Shown piece by piece: positions 8,277-16,885 of a DNA stretch of 32,000 nt. The translations under genes and the position numbers were made by a program. The stretch's first letter is position 1; each line of letters starts with the position of its first letter. Source of the DNA: Hyperthermus butylicus DSM 5456 (GTDB taxonomy: Archaea > Thermoproteota > Thermoprotei_A > Sulfolobales > Pyrodictiaceae); assembly GCF_000015145.1 (NCBI RefSeq), contig NC_008818.1, forward strand, positions 240,001 through 272,000, written 5' to 3'. The notes beneath the pieces were generated by a model. The model was not told the DNA's origin, searched no databases, and saw nothing but the letters and a program-made list of their open reading frames with translations.

Positions 8277-9185
8277 GTGGCTGGGCTTGCTGTGAGGGTT
8301 GCGGGGCTGACACTGAGGCACCCTGTTATGAATGCTAGCGGCATCCTGGGCTCTCACCCAGAGGGCGTTAAGCTCCTAGTGGATGCTGGTGTATCGGCTG
8401 TCGTGACGAAGTCGTTTACCGTGGAACCACGGGAGGGCTACCCTACTCCAATAGCTGTCCCGCTACCCTATGGGCTCCTCAATGCTGTTGGCCTTTCAAA
8501 CCCCGGCATAGACGGTATATCGGTTGTTGTGGAGGAGGCTAGGCGGGCTGGGCTCCCCGTGGTGGTGAGCATTGCCGGGTCGTCAGAGGACGAGTTCTCC
8601 CGTCTAGCATCTGCAGCCGAAGAGGCTGGCGCCGATGCCATCGAGGTCAACCTCAGCTGCCCCCATGCCAAGGGCATGGGGAGAGAGATAGGCATTGAGC
8701 CGAGGCTGGTCTACTCCGTCGTCTCTGCAACTGCCTCAGTGACGCGTATACCGGTCATAGCTAAGCTGGGCTACGTTGACCGACTCGTGGAGGCAGTGGG
8801 GAAGGCGCTTGAGGCTGGGGCGAGAGCTGTCACACTGATAAACACATTGCCTGCAATGATGATAGACGTGTATGCTATGAAGCCGGTCCTGGGCAACCTT
8901 GTCGGAGGCCTCTCAGGCCCAGCAATACATCCAGTTGCTGTTAGAGCAATCTACGAGGTCTACAGAGAGTACCGGATAGACATCATAGGCGCTGGAGGCG
9001 TAGAGGACTGGAGGACAGCAGCCGAGCTGGTGCTTGCTGGAGCCCGCGCTGTACAGGTGGGCACAGCACTAGTAACCCGCGGGCTGAGAGTCATCGGAGA
9101 GATAGTCCAAGGACTAGAGAGGTACATGGAGGAGGTGGGCGTAGAGTCTATAGAGGAGCTAGTGGGGGCCGCCCACCGGGACTAG
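8277..9185 (+). CDS. pyrD: dihydroorotate dehydrogenase, class 1 catalytic subunit
   Basis: NASGILG, VTKSFT, LLNAVGLSNPGIDG, EVNLSCPH (Cys catalytic base, class 1), LSGPAIHPVA and GAGGV blocks. GTG start. No pyrK-like gene is adjacent. Confidence 0.9.
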   Translation: MAGLAVRVAGLTLRHPVMNASGILGSHPEGVKLLVDAGVSAVVTKSFTVEPREGYPTPIAVPLPYGLLNAVGLSNPGIDGISVVVEEARRAGLPVVVSIAGSSEDEFSRLASAAEEAGADAIEVNLSCPHAKGMGREIGIEPRLVYSVVSATASVTRIPVIAKLGYVDRLVEAVGKALEAGARAVTLINTLPAMMIDVYAMKPVLGNLVGGLSGPAIHPVAVRAIYEVYREYRIDIIGAGGVEDWRTAAELVLAGARAVQVGTALVTRGLRVIGEIVQGLERYMEEVGVESIEELVGAAHRD

Positions 9186-9189
9186 AGTC

Positions 9190-9771
9190 TTGGCCCGAGA
9201 ATTCGAGGAAAAGATAGTTCTGGGCAGCTGCGAGGAGCTAGCAGCTGTTGAAGAGAGGCTCCGCGAGCTAGGGGCAACGCTCGAGGCGGAGGTTTACGAG
9301 GAGGACACCTACTACCAGCACCCCTGCCGAGACTTTGCGGAGACCGATGAGGCTCTGAGGCTTCGGGTAGCCCGGGGAAGGGTAGAGCTAACCTATAAGG
9401 GGCCCAAGAGGGTTGTGGAGGGGGCAAAGGAGAGGGAAGAGTACACCGTAACTGTGGACAGTGGGGCGGCTATGGCCCGAATACTCGAAAAGCTAGGCTT
9501 CAAGCCGGTAGCCACGGTGCGGAAGAGGAGGCGATACTATAGCCTCCCAGGCCTCGCAGTGGTATCGCTCGACGAGGTTGAGGGGCTCGGCTGCTTCGTT
9601 GAGATAGAGTACCGTGGCAGCGACCCCTCGAAGGCGGTGGATACGGTTAAAGCCATAGAGTCTAGGTTAGGCCTGGAATCCAAGCCTAAGACGGTGAAGT
9701 CGTATCTGGAGCTCCTCCTGGAAAAATATGCAGGTGGAGCTAGTAGACCTGGCGGGTTCCGAGCTCACTGA
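9190..9771 (+). CDS. CYTH domain protein (CyaB/ThTPase-like triphosphate tunnel metalloenzyme)
   Basis: N-terminal EFEEKI (ExExK), ALRLRV, ELTYKGPK, REEYTV and CFVEIEY blocks typical of class IV adenylate cyclase/CYTH proteins. Confidence 0.8.
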   Translation: MAREFEEKIVLGSCEELAAVEERLRELGATLEAEVYEEDTYYQHPCRDFAETDEALRLRVARGRVELTYKGPKRVVEGAKEREEYTVTVDSGAAMARILEKLGFKPVATVRKRRRYYSLPGLAVVSLDEVEGLGCFVEIEYRGSDPSKAVDTVKAIESRLGLESKPKTVKSYLELLLEKYAGGASRPGGFRAH

Positions 9772-10252
9772 GAGCAGCCCTTACTGCCTTACGAGCATCA
9801 TCGTATTTCAAGTAAGCTATGAGGCCCACAGCAAGGCTAAGTGCTACGTGGATTATGAGCAGCAGTATCGCGGCTACCACAAGCCATGTCTTGGCCTCGG
9901 CATAGTAAAAGATTCTCGTCTCGCCGCTCTCCTCGCCCCGTAGCGTGAGCACAATGCGTATAATGTCGTCTACGACAATGCGCCCCCCTTCCTCGACAAC
10001 GTTGAGCCCCCGGAACCTCAGCAGGTCGCCAAGACGCCTCCGAGCCTTCTCGACAGGCATGTCCACGGTGTACTCGTGGCTATCGAATCGAAACATAGAT
10101 GCCACCCTCGCAACCAGGTAGGCCAGCAGAACTATAAGAGCTAGGATAAGCGCAAATACTATACCACCTAGCGCCAAGGGGGCTAAAAGGCTGTCCAAGC
10201 CCTCTACACCCTCAACCCGGATCTCCAAGCCTCCAAGCCCATAGCTTGTCAT
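9740..10252 (-). CDS. hypothetical membrane protein (2 TM helices flanking a soluble domain)
   Basis: 170 aa. TM segments LAPLALGGIVFALILALIVLLAYLVA and WLVVAAILLLIIHVALSLAVGLIAYL. Host-like codon usage. The 3' end overlaps the CYTH gene by 32 nt. Confidence 0.6.
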   Translation of the reverse strand: MTSYGLGGLEIRVEGVEGLDSLLAPLALGGIVFALILALIVLLAYLVARVASMFRFDSHEYTVDMPVEKARRRLGDLLRFRGLNVVEEGGRIVVDDIIRIVLTLRGEESGETRIFYYAEAKTWLVVAAILLLIIHVALSLAVGLIAYLKYDDARKAVRAALSELGTRQVY

Positions 10253-10380
10253 GGCGCTACACCGACCTTATCAGCATCTGGTGCAAGAGCTTCCTCGGCA
10301 GCCCTCTCGGAGTAGCGGCTCTGCGGAGCATAACAAAACTAAGCCTCGCATCCACTCTCCACACGGGGGCGTGGAGAGGA

Positions 10381-10722
10381 GTGTTAGGAGGAGTCTTCCA
10401 GGGCCCGGAGATACTAATCATACTACTCCTCGTGGTCCTACTCATATGGGGGCCGACGAAGCTGCCACAGCTAGCCCGCGGCCTGGGACAAGCACTCTAC
10501 GAGTTCAAGAAGGCCTCCCAGGGCTCAGCAGAGAGGGAGGACAAGCAGGCACGGAAGACCGGGGAGACTCTAAGCAGCGTAGACGATGAGACCTTGAGGA
10601 GGATAGCTGAGAAACTCGGCATCAGTACCGAGAACAAGAGTAGGAGCCAGCTAGTAGAGGAGATAGTCAAGGAGGCAAAGAGGAGAGGCCTACTCGACGA
10701 GCTAGACGTGCGAAAGACCTAG
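10381..10722 (+). CDS. tatA: twin-arginine translocase subunit TatA/TatE
   Basis: GPEILIILLLVVLLIWGPTKLPQLARGLGQALYEFKKA is the canonical TatA TM plus amphipathic-helix signature. I start it at GTG 10381 (VLGGVFQGPE). The 45 upstream codons of the maximal ORF (10246) are not TatA-like. Confidence 0.8.
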   Translation: MLGGVFQGPEILIILLLVVLLIWGPTKLPQLARGLGQALYEFKKASQGSAEREDKQARKTGETLSSVDDETLRRIAEKLGISTENKSRSQLVEEIVKEAKRRGLLDELDVRKT

Positions 10723-10855
10723 CACTACACAGCCTCGGCTCAAAGCCCCATAAGCCGGACCCCGTTTTACGATTGTCTTCAAGCCTCCCAATAGAGCCGC
10801 TTACCGTGACTGCGTGGTGTGCTGGAAGACACACTGTCCTGGGAAGGATTTCTAG

Positions 10856-11758
10856 CTAGCCCAGTATCTTGCTAGTGCATGGAGCCAGGTGGCTAGCCAG
10901 CTCCTCTAACTCGCGGGGAGCGCGCGGCCTCCTCGAGAGCCGGGGCACCTTACATACGGGTAGGCCTAGCTCTTCTAGCTCCCTGAGGGCCTCCATTTGC
11001 TCCTGGTGCTCTTCAAGCCATGGCCTGCATATGGGGCAGACTGTTGGGTTTACGATCATGTTTGCTATCAGTGCCCGCGGCTCTATGCCGTGGCTCCGGA
11101 ACTCGCCGAGTAGGCTCCTCGTGATCGCTGCTGAGAGCCGGTCCGGGCTAGTGACAAGCACTAGGCGGTGAATGGGGCCCTGGAGCATGTCGAGTATCCC
11201 CCTGGCGAGGAGTCTCCACTCCTCGATGAGGCGTAGCGGATCCCGGCGCGGCTCGCGGCGCTTCAACTTCTCGAGCGCACTGCGTATCCTTAGGTACATC
11301 CTAGCAGCGTCGCCCAGGTGGCTGTAGAGCTCGTACTCCACCCTTAGCAGGCGCAAGCTGCTCCCAGCTGCAGCCGTGTCCCAGACGATTATGTCAGCAT
11401 CGCTTCTCTCGGCTGCAATGCTGTAGACGAGGTAGAGCATGTACTGGTCAGCTATTCCCGGCGCACCAGCAACATAGTCCACGACTTCGCGGCCCACCGG
11501 CAGGAAGCTGCTCAGAACCTCGTAGACCTCGTCGCCGAAGCGCTCAATCCAGAACCTCTTCACATCCTCCTCCGAAACCTCGAATACTGTAACCCCGCTG
11601 CACTCCTCCCACTTCACGCCAGACCTGCCGCAAAGCAGGAGCCCAAGGGCAGGCGCCGCATCCGTGGACACGGCTAGCACGCGGTACCCCTTCCCTGCGA
11701 GGTGCAGGGCTAGCGCAGCAGCAACCGTAGACTTACCCGTACCACCCTTACTCCACAA
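10856..11758 (-). CDS. ArsA/Get3-family P-loop ATPase
   Basis: Deviant Walker A SKGGTGKST, VWDTAAAGSSLRLLRV (equivalent to DTAPTGHTLRLL), and a CPIC (CxxC) motif as in Get3 zinc-bridged dimers. The start is uncertain: TTG 11758, with an in-frame TGA only 6 codons upstream. Confidence 0.75.
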   Translation of the reverse strand: MWSKGGTGKSTVAAALALHLAGKGYRVLAVSTDAAPALGLLLCGRSGVKWEECSGVTVFEVSEEDVKRFWIERFGDEVYEVLSSFLPVGREVVDYVAGAPGIADQYMLYLVYSIAAERSDADIIVWDTAAAGSSLRLLRVEYELYSHLGDAARMYLRIRSALEKLKRREPRRDPLRLIEEWRLLARGILDMLQGPIHRLVLVTSPDRLSAAITRSLLGEFRSHGIEPRALIANMIVNPTVCPICRPWLEEHQEQMEALRELEELGLPVCKVPRLSRRPRAPRELEELASHLAPCTSKILG

Positions 11759-11944
11759 ACTGACGACTAAGGGCAGTCAACCACACCAGCCGGATATACA
11801 CGAAGAACACTACAAAATCATTGCTGCAGGAGACGAGTCAGCGTCTTGCTAGAAGCCTCATGCCCTAATGGGATAATACTCGATCTTGGATCTACTGGCA
11901 TTGCTGTTGTTACGACTGTCTTTCATTCAGTGCATCACAAGAGC

Positions 11945-11972
11945 TAAATATACACGTAGTACATTGAATGTA
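11945..11972 (+). promoter_or_regulatory. vapB promoter region: TAAATATA box plus 13-bp palindrome TACATTGAATGTA (candidate VapB operator)
   Basis: TAAATATA at 11945-11952. The palindrome with 6-bp arms at 11960-11972 lies between that box and ATG 11989. Type II antitoxins commonly autoregulate through palindromic operators. Confidence 0.35.
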
Positions 11973-11988
11973 TTACGACGGGTAGGCG

Positions 11989-12210
11989 ATGAGTGTTACC
12001 GTATCGTTCCGTATACCGAGGGAGCTAAAGGAGAGGATGGACCGGCTCCGTGGCAAGGTGAACTGGAGCGAGGAGGTTAGAAGGTTTCTTGAGGAGCGTG
12101 TACGCGAGTATGAACAGCTAGAAGCTATCCGTGAGCTTGAGGAGACTGTGAAAATCCCTTCCACAGGTTCCTCGGGGCACAGCTTTAGGGTATGTGAGGG
12201 AGGATCGTGA
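11989..12210 (+). CDS. vapB: VapB-type antitoxin (RHH-like); C-terminus apparently frameshifted
   Basis: N-terminus MSVTVSFRIPRELKERMDRLRGKVNWSEEVRRFLEERV is typical of archaeal VapB. After the A4 run at 12151-12154 the +1 frame reads KSLPQVPRGTALGYVREDRDSH* (stop 12218-12220). As I recall the family, that resembles its usual C-terminus far more than the in-frame IPSTGSSGHSFRVCEGGS*. Confidence 0.7.
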   Translation: MSVTVSFRIPRELKERMDRLRGKVNWSEEVRRFLEERVREYEQLEAIRELEETVKIPSTGSSGHSFRVCEGGS

Positions 12211-12619
12211 TAGTCATTGATGCCTCTGGTCTGGCTAAGTATGTGCTCCACGAGGAGGACTGGGAACAGGTAGGCGAGTATATCAAGAGCAAGAGGCCTC
12301 TTGCGTCGGTTGACCATGTGTTGAAGGAGGTTGGAAACGCAATATGGAAGCACTGTCATCAGGTGAGTCATAGATGCTGCCAAGGCTATGAGGCTTTACG
12401 GGAAGCTCCTAAAGCTTGTTGAGACGGGAGTCATAGTCTTGGAGCCCGAGACGGACTATCTGCTTGAGGCAATAGCAGATAGCTTTGGAGTACGGGGTAA
12501 CCCTCTACGACGCATTATATATCGCTCAGGCCCGAAGGAAAGGGGAACTCCTTACAAGTGATAGAAAGCAGGCAGAGATAGCTTCCCGGAACGGCATTAA
12601 GGTCTACCTGGTAGAGTAG
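12207..12619 (+). pseudogene. vapC: PIN-domain toxin VapC, disrupted by two +1 frameshifts
   Basis: GTG 12207 overlaps the vapB stop (GTGA). Frame 0 reads MIVIDASGLAKYVL...NAIWKHCHQV. Frame +1 from 12367 reads VIDAAKAMRLYGKLLKLVETGVIVLEPETDYLLEAIA. Frame +2 from about 12479 reads IALEYGVTLYDALYIAQARRKGELLTSDRKQAEIASRNGIKVYLVE* (stop 12617-12619). The pieces concatenate into a full PIN domain (D near the N-terminus, YDALY, TSD). Confidence 0.8.
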
Positions 12620-12764
12620 CAGTGCCGAGCTGGATAGGCTTACGCTACGCCGCTAGGGGTTTGTAGCCCTATCTTCGGGAAAGATGTATTATCCACAACA
12701 TCCACGTCTAGGGCTAGCGTTATGGATGTACTTGGACTGTATAGCTGTGAGGGTGTAGGAGATT

Positions 12765-13493
12765 ATGGCTGGGTGCAGTATTGCCAACTATGCTTCGGGC
12801 TGCGAGGTTTTCGAGAGGCTCCAGCGTAGTCTCCGTGTGGACTGGCGCGACTACGTGGCTCTGGTCGCGTTCGAGTATGATGCGCGGGAGCACCCGTTCG
12901 CTGTGCTTGCAGGGATCATACTGAGCCAGAATACTAGCGACAGGAACTCTATCCGGGCCTACCTGCAGCTCCGCGAGATGGTTGGCGTATCCCCGGAGGC
13001 CGTGCTTTCGGCGCCGGAGGACAGGCTTATCGAGGCTATTAGGCCGGCTGGGCTGGCAAGGCAGAAGGCTAGGGCGCTCCGGGAGGCTGCCCGCCGCATC
13101 CTCGAGGCTGGCGGCGAGAAGGTACTCCTGGAGATGCCCTGGAGGGAGCTGAGAGAGTTCCTCCTATCGATACCCGGTGTCGGCAAGAAGACTGCTGACG
13201 TGTTTCTCCAGCTTGTCCGGAAAGCGCCAGTCTTCGCGGTGGATACTCATGCCGCACGTATCGCGAAGAGATGGGGACTCGTCGGCGAGAAGGCGGGCTA
13301 CGACGAGACCTCACGGGCCCTCCTAGAGTTCTTCGGGCCAGAGCGCAGCGAGAATGCACACCGGCTCCTCATAGCGCTGGGTAGAACCTACTGCCGAGCA
13401 CGCAACCCCCGCTGCGACGTGTGCCCTCTACGCGACATATGCCCCTACCCCCGCGGCTGCAGCACGGGGAGGAATGATGGAGGAGAGGGCTAG
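12765..13493 (+). CDS. nth: endonuclease III family DNA glycosylase (HhH-GPD with 4Fe-4S cluster loop)
   Basis: ILSQNTSD, the HhH motif LLSIPGVGKKTADVFL, VDTHAARIAKR, and the C-terminal CRARNPRCDVCPLRDIC (C-X6-C-X2-C-X5-C). Confidence 0.85.
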   Translation: MAGCSIANYASGCEVFERLQRSLRVDWRDYVALVAFEYDAREHPFAVLAGIILSQNTSDRNSIRAYLQLREMVGVSPEAVLSAPEDRLIEAIRPAGLARQKARALREAARRILEAGGEKVLLEMPWRELREFLLSIPGVGKKTADVFLQLVRKAPVFAVDTHAARIAKRWGLVGEKAGYDETSRALLEFFGPERSENAHRLLIALGRTYCRARNPRCDVCPLRDICPYPRGCSTGRNDGGEG

Positions 13494-13818
13494 GCTCTAC
13501 CCGAACGAGTGCGTAAAGCGCGTCGTAGCCTTCATACCGGAGGGCCACATGCACGCCAGGCTAATAATCGAACTCTGCGACCAGAAGATAATACTCCACG
13601 AGGCAGCCGTAGCCGGGATCGTCAGAGCGTATGCGATGGTAGCTCTGCACCCAACGAGGAGGGCGGTAGAGCTGAAGGCCCAGAGGCTCTCCAAGAGGGA
13701 GCGTAAGCTGGGCTACGCGGAGTGGCAGCTGGTCGAAACCAATAGGCCCGAGAAGGAGGTGCTCGCCGAGGCAATGGAGGTTTGGGGGTCGGCAGAGCTG
13801 GTGGAGAGTCATAGCTAA
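13474..13818 (+). CDS. hypothetical protein
   Basis: 114-aa ORF with host-like GC3 codon usage. Its ATGATG start overlaps the nth 3' end by 20 nt. Four other ORFs overlap this stretch in other frames or on the other strand and look like GC-driven shadows. No family recognised. Confidence 0.55.
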   Translation: MMEERARLYPNECVKRVVAFIPEGHMHARLIIELCDQKIILHEAAVAGIVRAYAMVALHPTRRAVELKAQRLSKRERKLGYAEWQLVETNRPEKEVLAEAMEVWGSAELVESHS

Positions 13819-13839
13819 TTACTGCGAGGGGCATCGAGG

Positions 13840-15243
13840 CTACTTTTCCGCCGTTGCTGCGGCTCCTAGCTCGCTGCGGCTTCTGTGGAGGGTCCAGGCT
13901 TTCGCTATGGCGGCTGGGTTGTAGTATAGCGTTAGGAGTGTTATGCCCGCCAGGCCCAGCACAGCTGCGAAGATGAATGCTGCCTGTGCCCCAGTTACCC
14001 CTGCCACTATCTCTACCGTGTAGTATCTCCGGTAGATGTAGGCGCCTATGAGGGGCCCAGCCACCATTCCAAGGTTGAAGAATGCTTGCTGGAGCCCGAA
14101 TACTCTTCCACGGAGCCTTGATGGTATTAGGCCTGCCTGTATAGAGCGGAGGAGCGGCATAGTTATGTTCATCAATATGCTGAGTGCCGCAGCCACAGCT
14201 ATGAATAATGGGTAGCTCCTTATGAACCCTATGGTTGCTAGTAGTAGCCGTGCCAGGGCATAGCTCGCTATTAGGAGTCTCTTCCTATCCGTGTCGGATA
14301 GTTTATCCGCTATGTGGGCGACTGGATAGGATACCAGTAAGCCAGCTAACCCCGCAATACTCATTGCGGCTGCAACCTTTGTTGGCTCCTTGGCTATGAA
14401 GTCTATGATGTAGACTATCATTATGCTTGTCATTATGCCCATTGCTATGCCGTTTAGCAGGCCGTTAGCGTAGAAGGCTGTTAGCGCCCTCTTGACAGGG
14501 CTTGGTAGCTCGCGTAGACCGCCTCGAAACATCTCCATAGCCTTCTCACTTGCCGTCCTCGCAGTAGAGGCAACGGCCTCCTTCAGCGTTGCCGCCACGG
14601 CTACCGCTGGTAGCGTAGCAATTGTTATCAGTATGAAGGGGGCACGGAAGATGTCTACGACGGGGTGACCCTCGAGAAGCCTCTTACTGGCCTCGTAGGC
14701 TGCTGAGCCTATGAGGGGACCCACCACCTGGCCCACGTTCGCGGATATGATGTATAGGCTTAGCGTCCTAGTGCGCAGCCCCGGAGCCACAGTATCCATT
14801 AGCAGTGCCTCGGCTACAGGCCAAACAAGTGCCGATGCTACACCCTGCACTGCGCGGAGGACTATGAGCTGCCACTCTGCTGTGGTTAGAGCATAGAGTA
14901 TACCGAGCACCGTGTAGAGGGACATGCCCGTGACTATCAACGGCTTTCTGCCGACGCGGTCGCTAAGCCAGCCCGAAGCAGCTGCGAAGAGGGCTCTGGT
15001 GGCCATGAATGCTGAGGCCATAGCGCCTATCTCTAGTGCAGCCCTTTCAGCCCGCACCGTGCCAAGCTTCTCTGGCAGCTCTACAAGCAAGCCTTTCAGA
15101 GCTAGAATATAGTATGGGACGATGAGGTTTACAGCTCCAAACCCCACGGTTACGAGGAACGATATGAGTATGATGCCGGCAACGTTGCGGGAGAGCAGCC
15201 TCTCGCCATGCATACTAGCAAGCACCCACTGCAGCGCTGACAT
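13840..15243 (-). CDS. MFS transporter
   Basis: 467 aa with about 12 hydrophobic helices. The MFS loop motif GWLSDRVGRKP lies between TM2 and TM3. Confidence 0.85.
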   Translation of the reverse strand: MSALQWVLASMHGERLLSRNVAGIILISFLVTVGFGAVNLIVPYYILALKGLLVELPEKLGTVRAERAALEIGAMASAFMATRALFAAASGWLSDRVGRKPLIVTGMSLYTVLGILYALTTAEWQLIVLRAVQGVASALVWPVAEALLMDTVAPGLRTRTLSLYIISANVGQVVGPLIGSAAYEASKRLLEGHPVVDIFRAPFILITIATLPAVAVAATLKEAVASTARTASEKAMEMFRGGLRELPSPVKRALTAFYANGLLNGIAMGIMTSIMIVYIIDFIAKEPTKVAAAMSIAGLAGLLVSYPVAHIADKLSDTDRKRLLIASYALARLLLATIGFIRSYPLFIAVAAALSILMNITMPLLRSIQAGLIPSRLRGRVFGLQQAFFNLGMVAGPLIGAYIYRRYYTVEIVAGVTGAQAAFIFAAVLGLAGITLLTLYYNPAAIAKAWTLHRSRSELGAAATAEK

Positions 15244-15363
15244 ATCGGTTTCTGAGCAATGCCCGGCTCGGGGCTACGCTGCAGTACCCCCTATACATTG
15301 GTTTTGGCTATGCGTGGTACTGTTTGGGGGTGGGAAAACCATTGGAGAACCAGTAGCCCACTA

Positions 15364-15370
15364 TTTATAA
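15364..15370 (+). promoter_or_regulatory. TATA-like box (TTTATAA) upstream of arcC
   Basis: The only A/T-rich heptamer in the divergent spacer, centred about 38 nt upstream of the TTG start at 15405. Confidence 0.4.
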
Positions 15371-15404
15371 CTGGTGAATCCACTGGAACTCCATGGTGTA
15401 GAGC

Positions 15405-16370
15405 TTGGCTTCAGCCACCCCCACCCCCAACGACCTCTACGTAATAGCACTGGGCGGCAACGCGTTCATGAAGAAGGGCGAGGGCGTTGAGGCCCAGTGG
15501 CACAATGTGGAGAAAGCGGCTCGACAGCTGGTTGACCTCATCGAGCAGGGCTACAGGATAGTGGTAACCCACGGTAATGGGCCCCAGGTGGGCCTCATAG
15601 TTAACTGGGTACACCACTACTACGGTCGGCCCGTGGAAAGGTTGACACTCGACATCGCTGGAGCCATGACGCAGGGCTGGCTGGGCTACATGCTCCAGCA
15701 AGCCATAGGTAACGAGCTGGAGCGCCGCGGCATGCCCCGTCGCGTAGTCACGCTCGTCTCCCAGGTCCTCGTAGACCGCAACGACCCTGCATTCCAGAAC
15801 CCGACAAAGTACGTGGGCCCATACTACTCGAGGGAGGAAGCTGAGAGGATAGCCAAGGAGACCGGCTGGGTCTTCAAGCCGGACCCCAGGGGTGGCTATC
15901 GCCGCGTAGTGCCGAGCCCCAAGCCGCTCCGTGTCGTGGAGATAGAGGCTGTGAAGAGGCTTATCGAGCAAGGCTTCATAGTGATAACAGTTGGTGGCGG
16001 TGGCATACCAGTGGTAAGCAGTGACGGTCGCCTACGTGGCGTGGAGGCTGTGATAGACAAGGATCTGGCCTCGAGCCTCCTCGCCCAGAGCCTCAGAGCT
16101 AGAGCCCTCATAATACTCACTGATGTCGACTACGTCTACCTAAACTATGGTAAGCCGAACCAGCAGCCGCTAAAGTTGCTAAAGGCGTCGGAGGCCCGTA
16201 GGCTGCTAGAGGAGGGACACTTCCCTCCAGGCAGTATGGGTCCAAAGGTGCAAGCTGCAATAGAGTTCGTAGAGGCTATGGGTGAGGGATACTTCGCCGC
16301 CATAGGGAGCCTTGACAACGCGTTAGCAGTGGCGCGTGGCGAAAAAGGTACAAGGATTGTCCCCGGCTAG
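15405..16370 (+). CDS. arcC: carbamate kinase
   Basis: VIALGGNAF, VTHGNGPQVG, GGGGIPV, IDKDLASSLLA and ILTDVDYVY blocks of the amino-acid kinase/carbamate kinase family. Probable TTG start 15405, downstream of a TATA-like box. Confidence 0.9.
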   Translation: MASATPTPNDLYVIALGGNAFMKKGEGVEAQWHNVEKAARQLVDLIEQGYRIVVTHGNGPQVGLIVNWVHHYYGRPVERLTLDIAGAMTQGWLGYMLQQAIGNELERRGMPRRVVTLVSQVLVDRNDPAFQNPTKYVGPYYSREEAERIAKETGWVFKPDPRGGYRRVVPSPKPLRVVEIEAVKRLIEQGFIVITVGGGGIPVVSSDGRLRGVEAVIDKDLASSLLAQSLRARALIILTDVDYVYLNYGKPNQQPLKLLKASEARRLLEEGHFPPGSMGPKVQAAIEFVEAMGEGYFAAIGSLDNALAVARGEKGTRIVPG

Positions 16371-16831
16371 GCGTTCCTCTGGTATAGAGGGCATAGCGCG
16401 CAGAACCAGGGCGCAGCGCTCACCTTAACCCGGTAAATCCCCTCGTCTTCGACGACTATGTCCATGCCGAGCCTCTCGGCTGCCTCCCTACTGAGCCTCC
16501 ATAGTATGCAGATGCCGCGGGACTGGTATATGCATGTTTGGAGTTTCCAGCTTCCAACCATTTCTGCTGCACGCTTGAACTCTTCCAGCCCGGCGACGCG
16601 TCCCTCGAAGAGCCTCAGCACGCCGGAGAACTCCTCGACTTCCTTTTCAACCTTCTCCAGGCCCTCCCAGACCTCCCTCAGCCTCCTCTCGGTCTTGGCA
16701 ACCCTCTCCTCTAGCAGCTCCTCCCTAGCTATGGCGCCTGGCTCGGGCTCTATGAGGGCTATACGGGGCCTGGTCTCTCCCTCCACGGACAAGGCTAGGT
16801 GTACACCCCGCGCTAGAACCCTGCTACCCAC
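16367..16831 (-). CDS. hypothetical protein with central coiled-coil and C-terminal 4-Cys cluster
   Basis: 154 aa. E/K/R-rich heptad-like segment EELLEERVAKTERRLREVWEGLEKVEKEVEEF. Cys pattern TCIYQSRGIC ... FCALCP (CX7C ... CX2C). The stop overlaps the arcC stop in a shared CTAG (16367-16370). Lies 54 nt downstream of the phosphoesterase gene on the same strand. Confidence 0.6.
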   Translation of the reverse strand: MGSRVLARGVHLALSVEGETRPRIALIEPEPGAIAREELLEERVAKTERRLREVWEGLEKVEKEVEEFSGVLRLFEGRVAGLEEFKRAAEMVGSWKLQTCIYQSRGICILWRLSREAAERLGMDIVVEDEGIYRVKVSAAPWFCALCPLYQRNA

Positions 16832-16885
16832 AGAGATGCTGGTCTTGGAGACTGTAAGACGGGCAGCGCCCCAGTAATACCTTGG

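Noticed and set aside
10246-10380. A 45-codon N-terminal extension of TatA, and the overlapping ORFs 10251..10589 (+) and 10257..10445 (-).
   Set aside because: TatA proteins start a few residues before the TM helix. The extension has no TatA similarity and would abut the divergent gene's start codon. The other ORFs are frame shadows.
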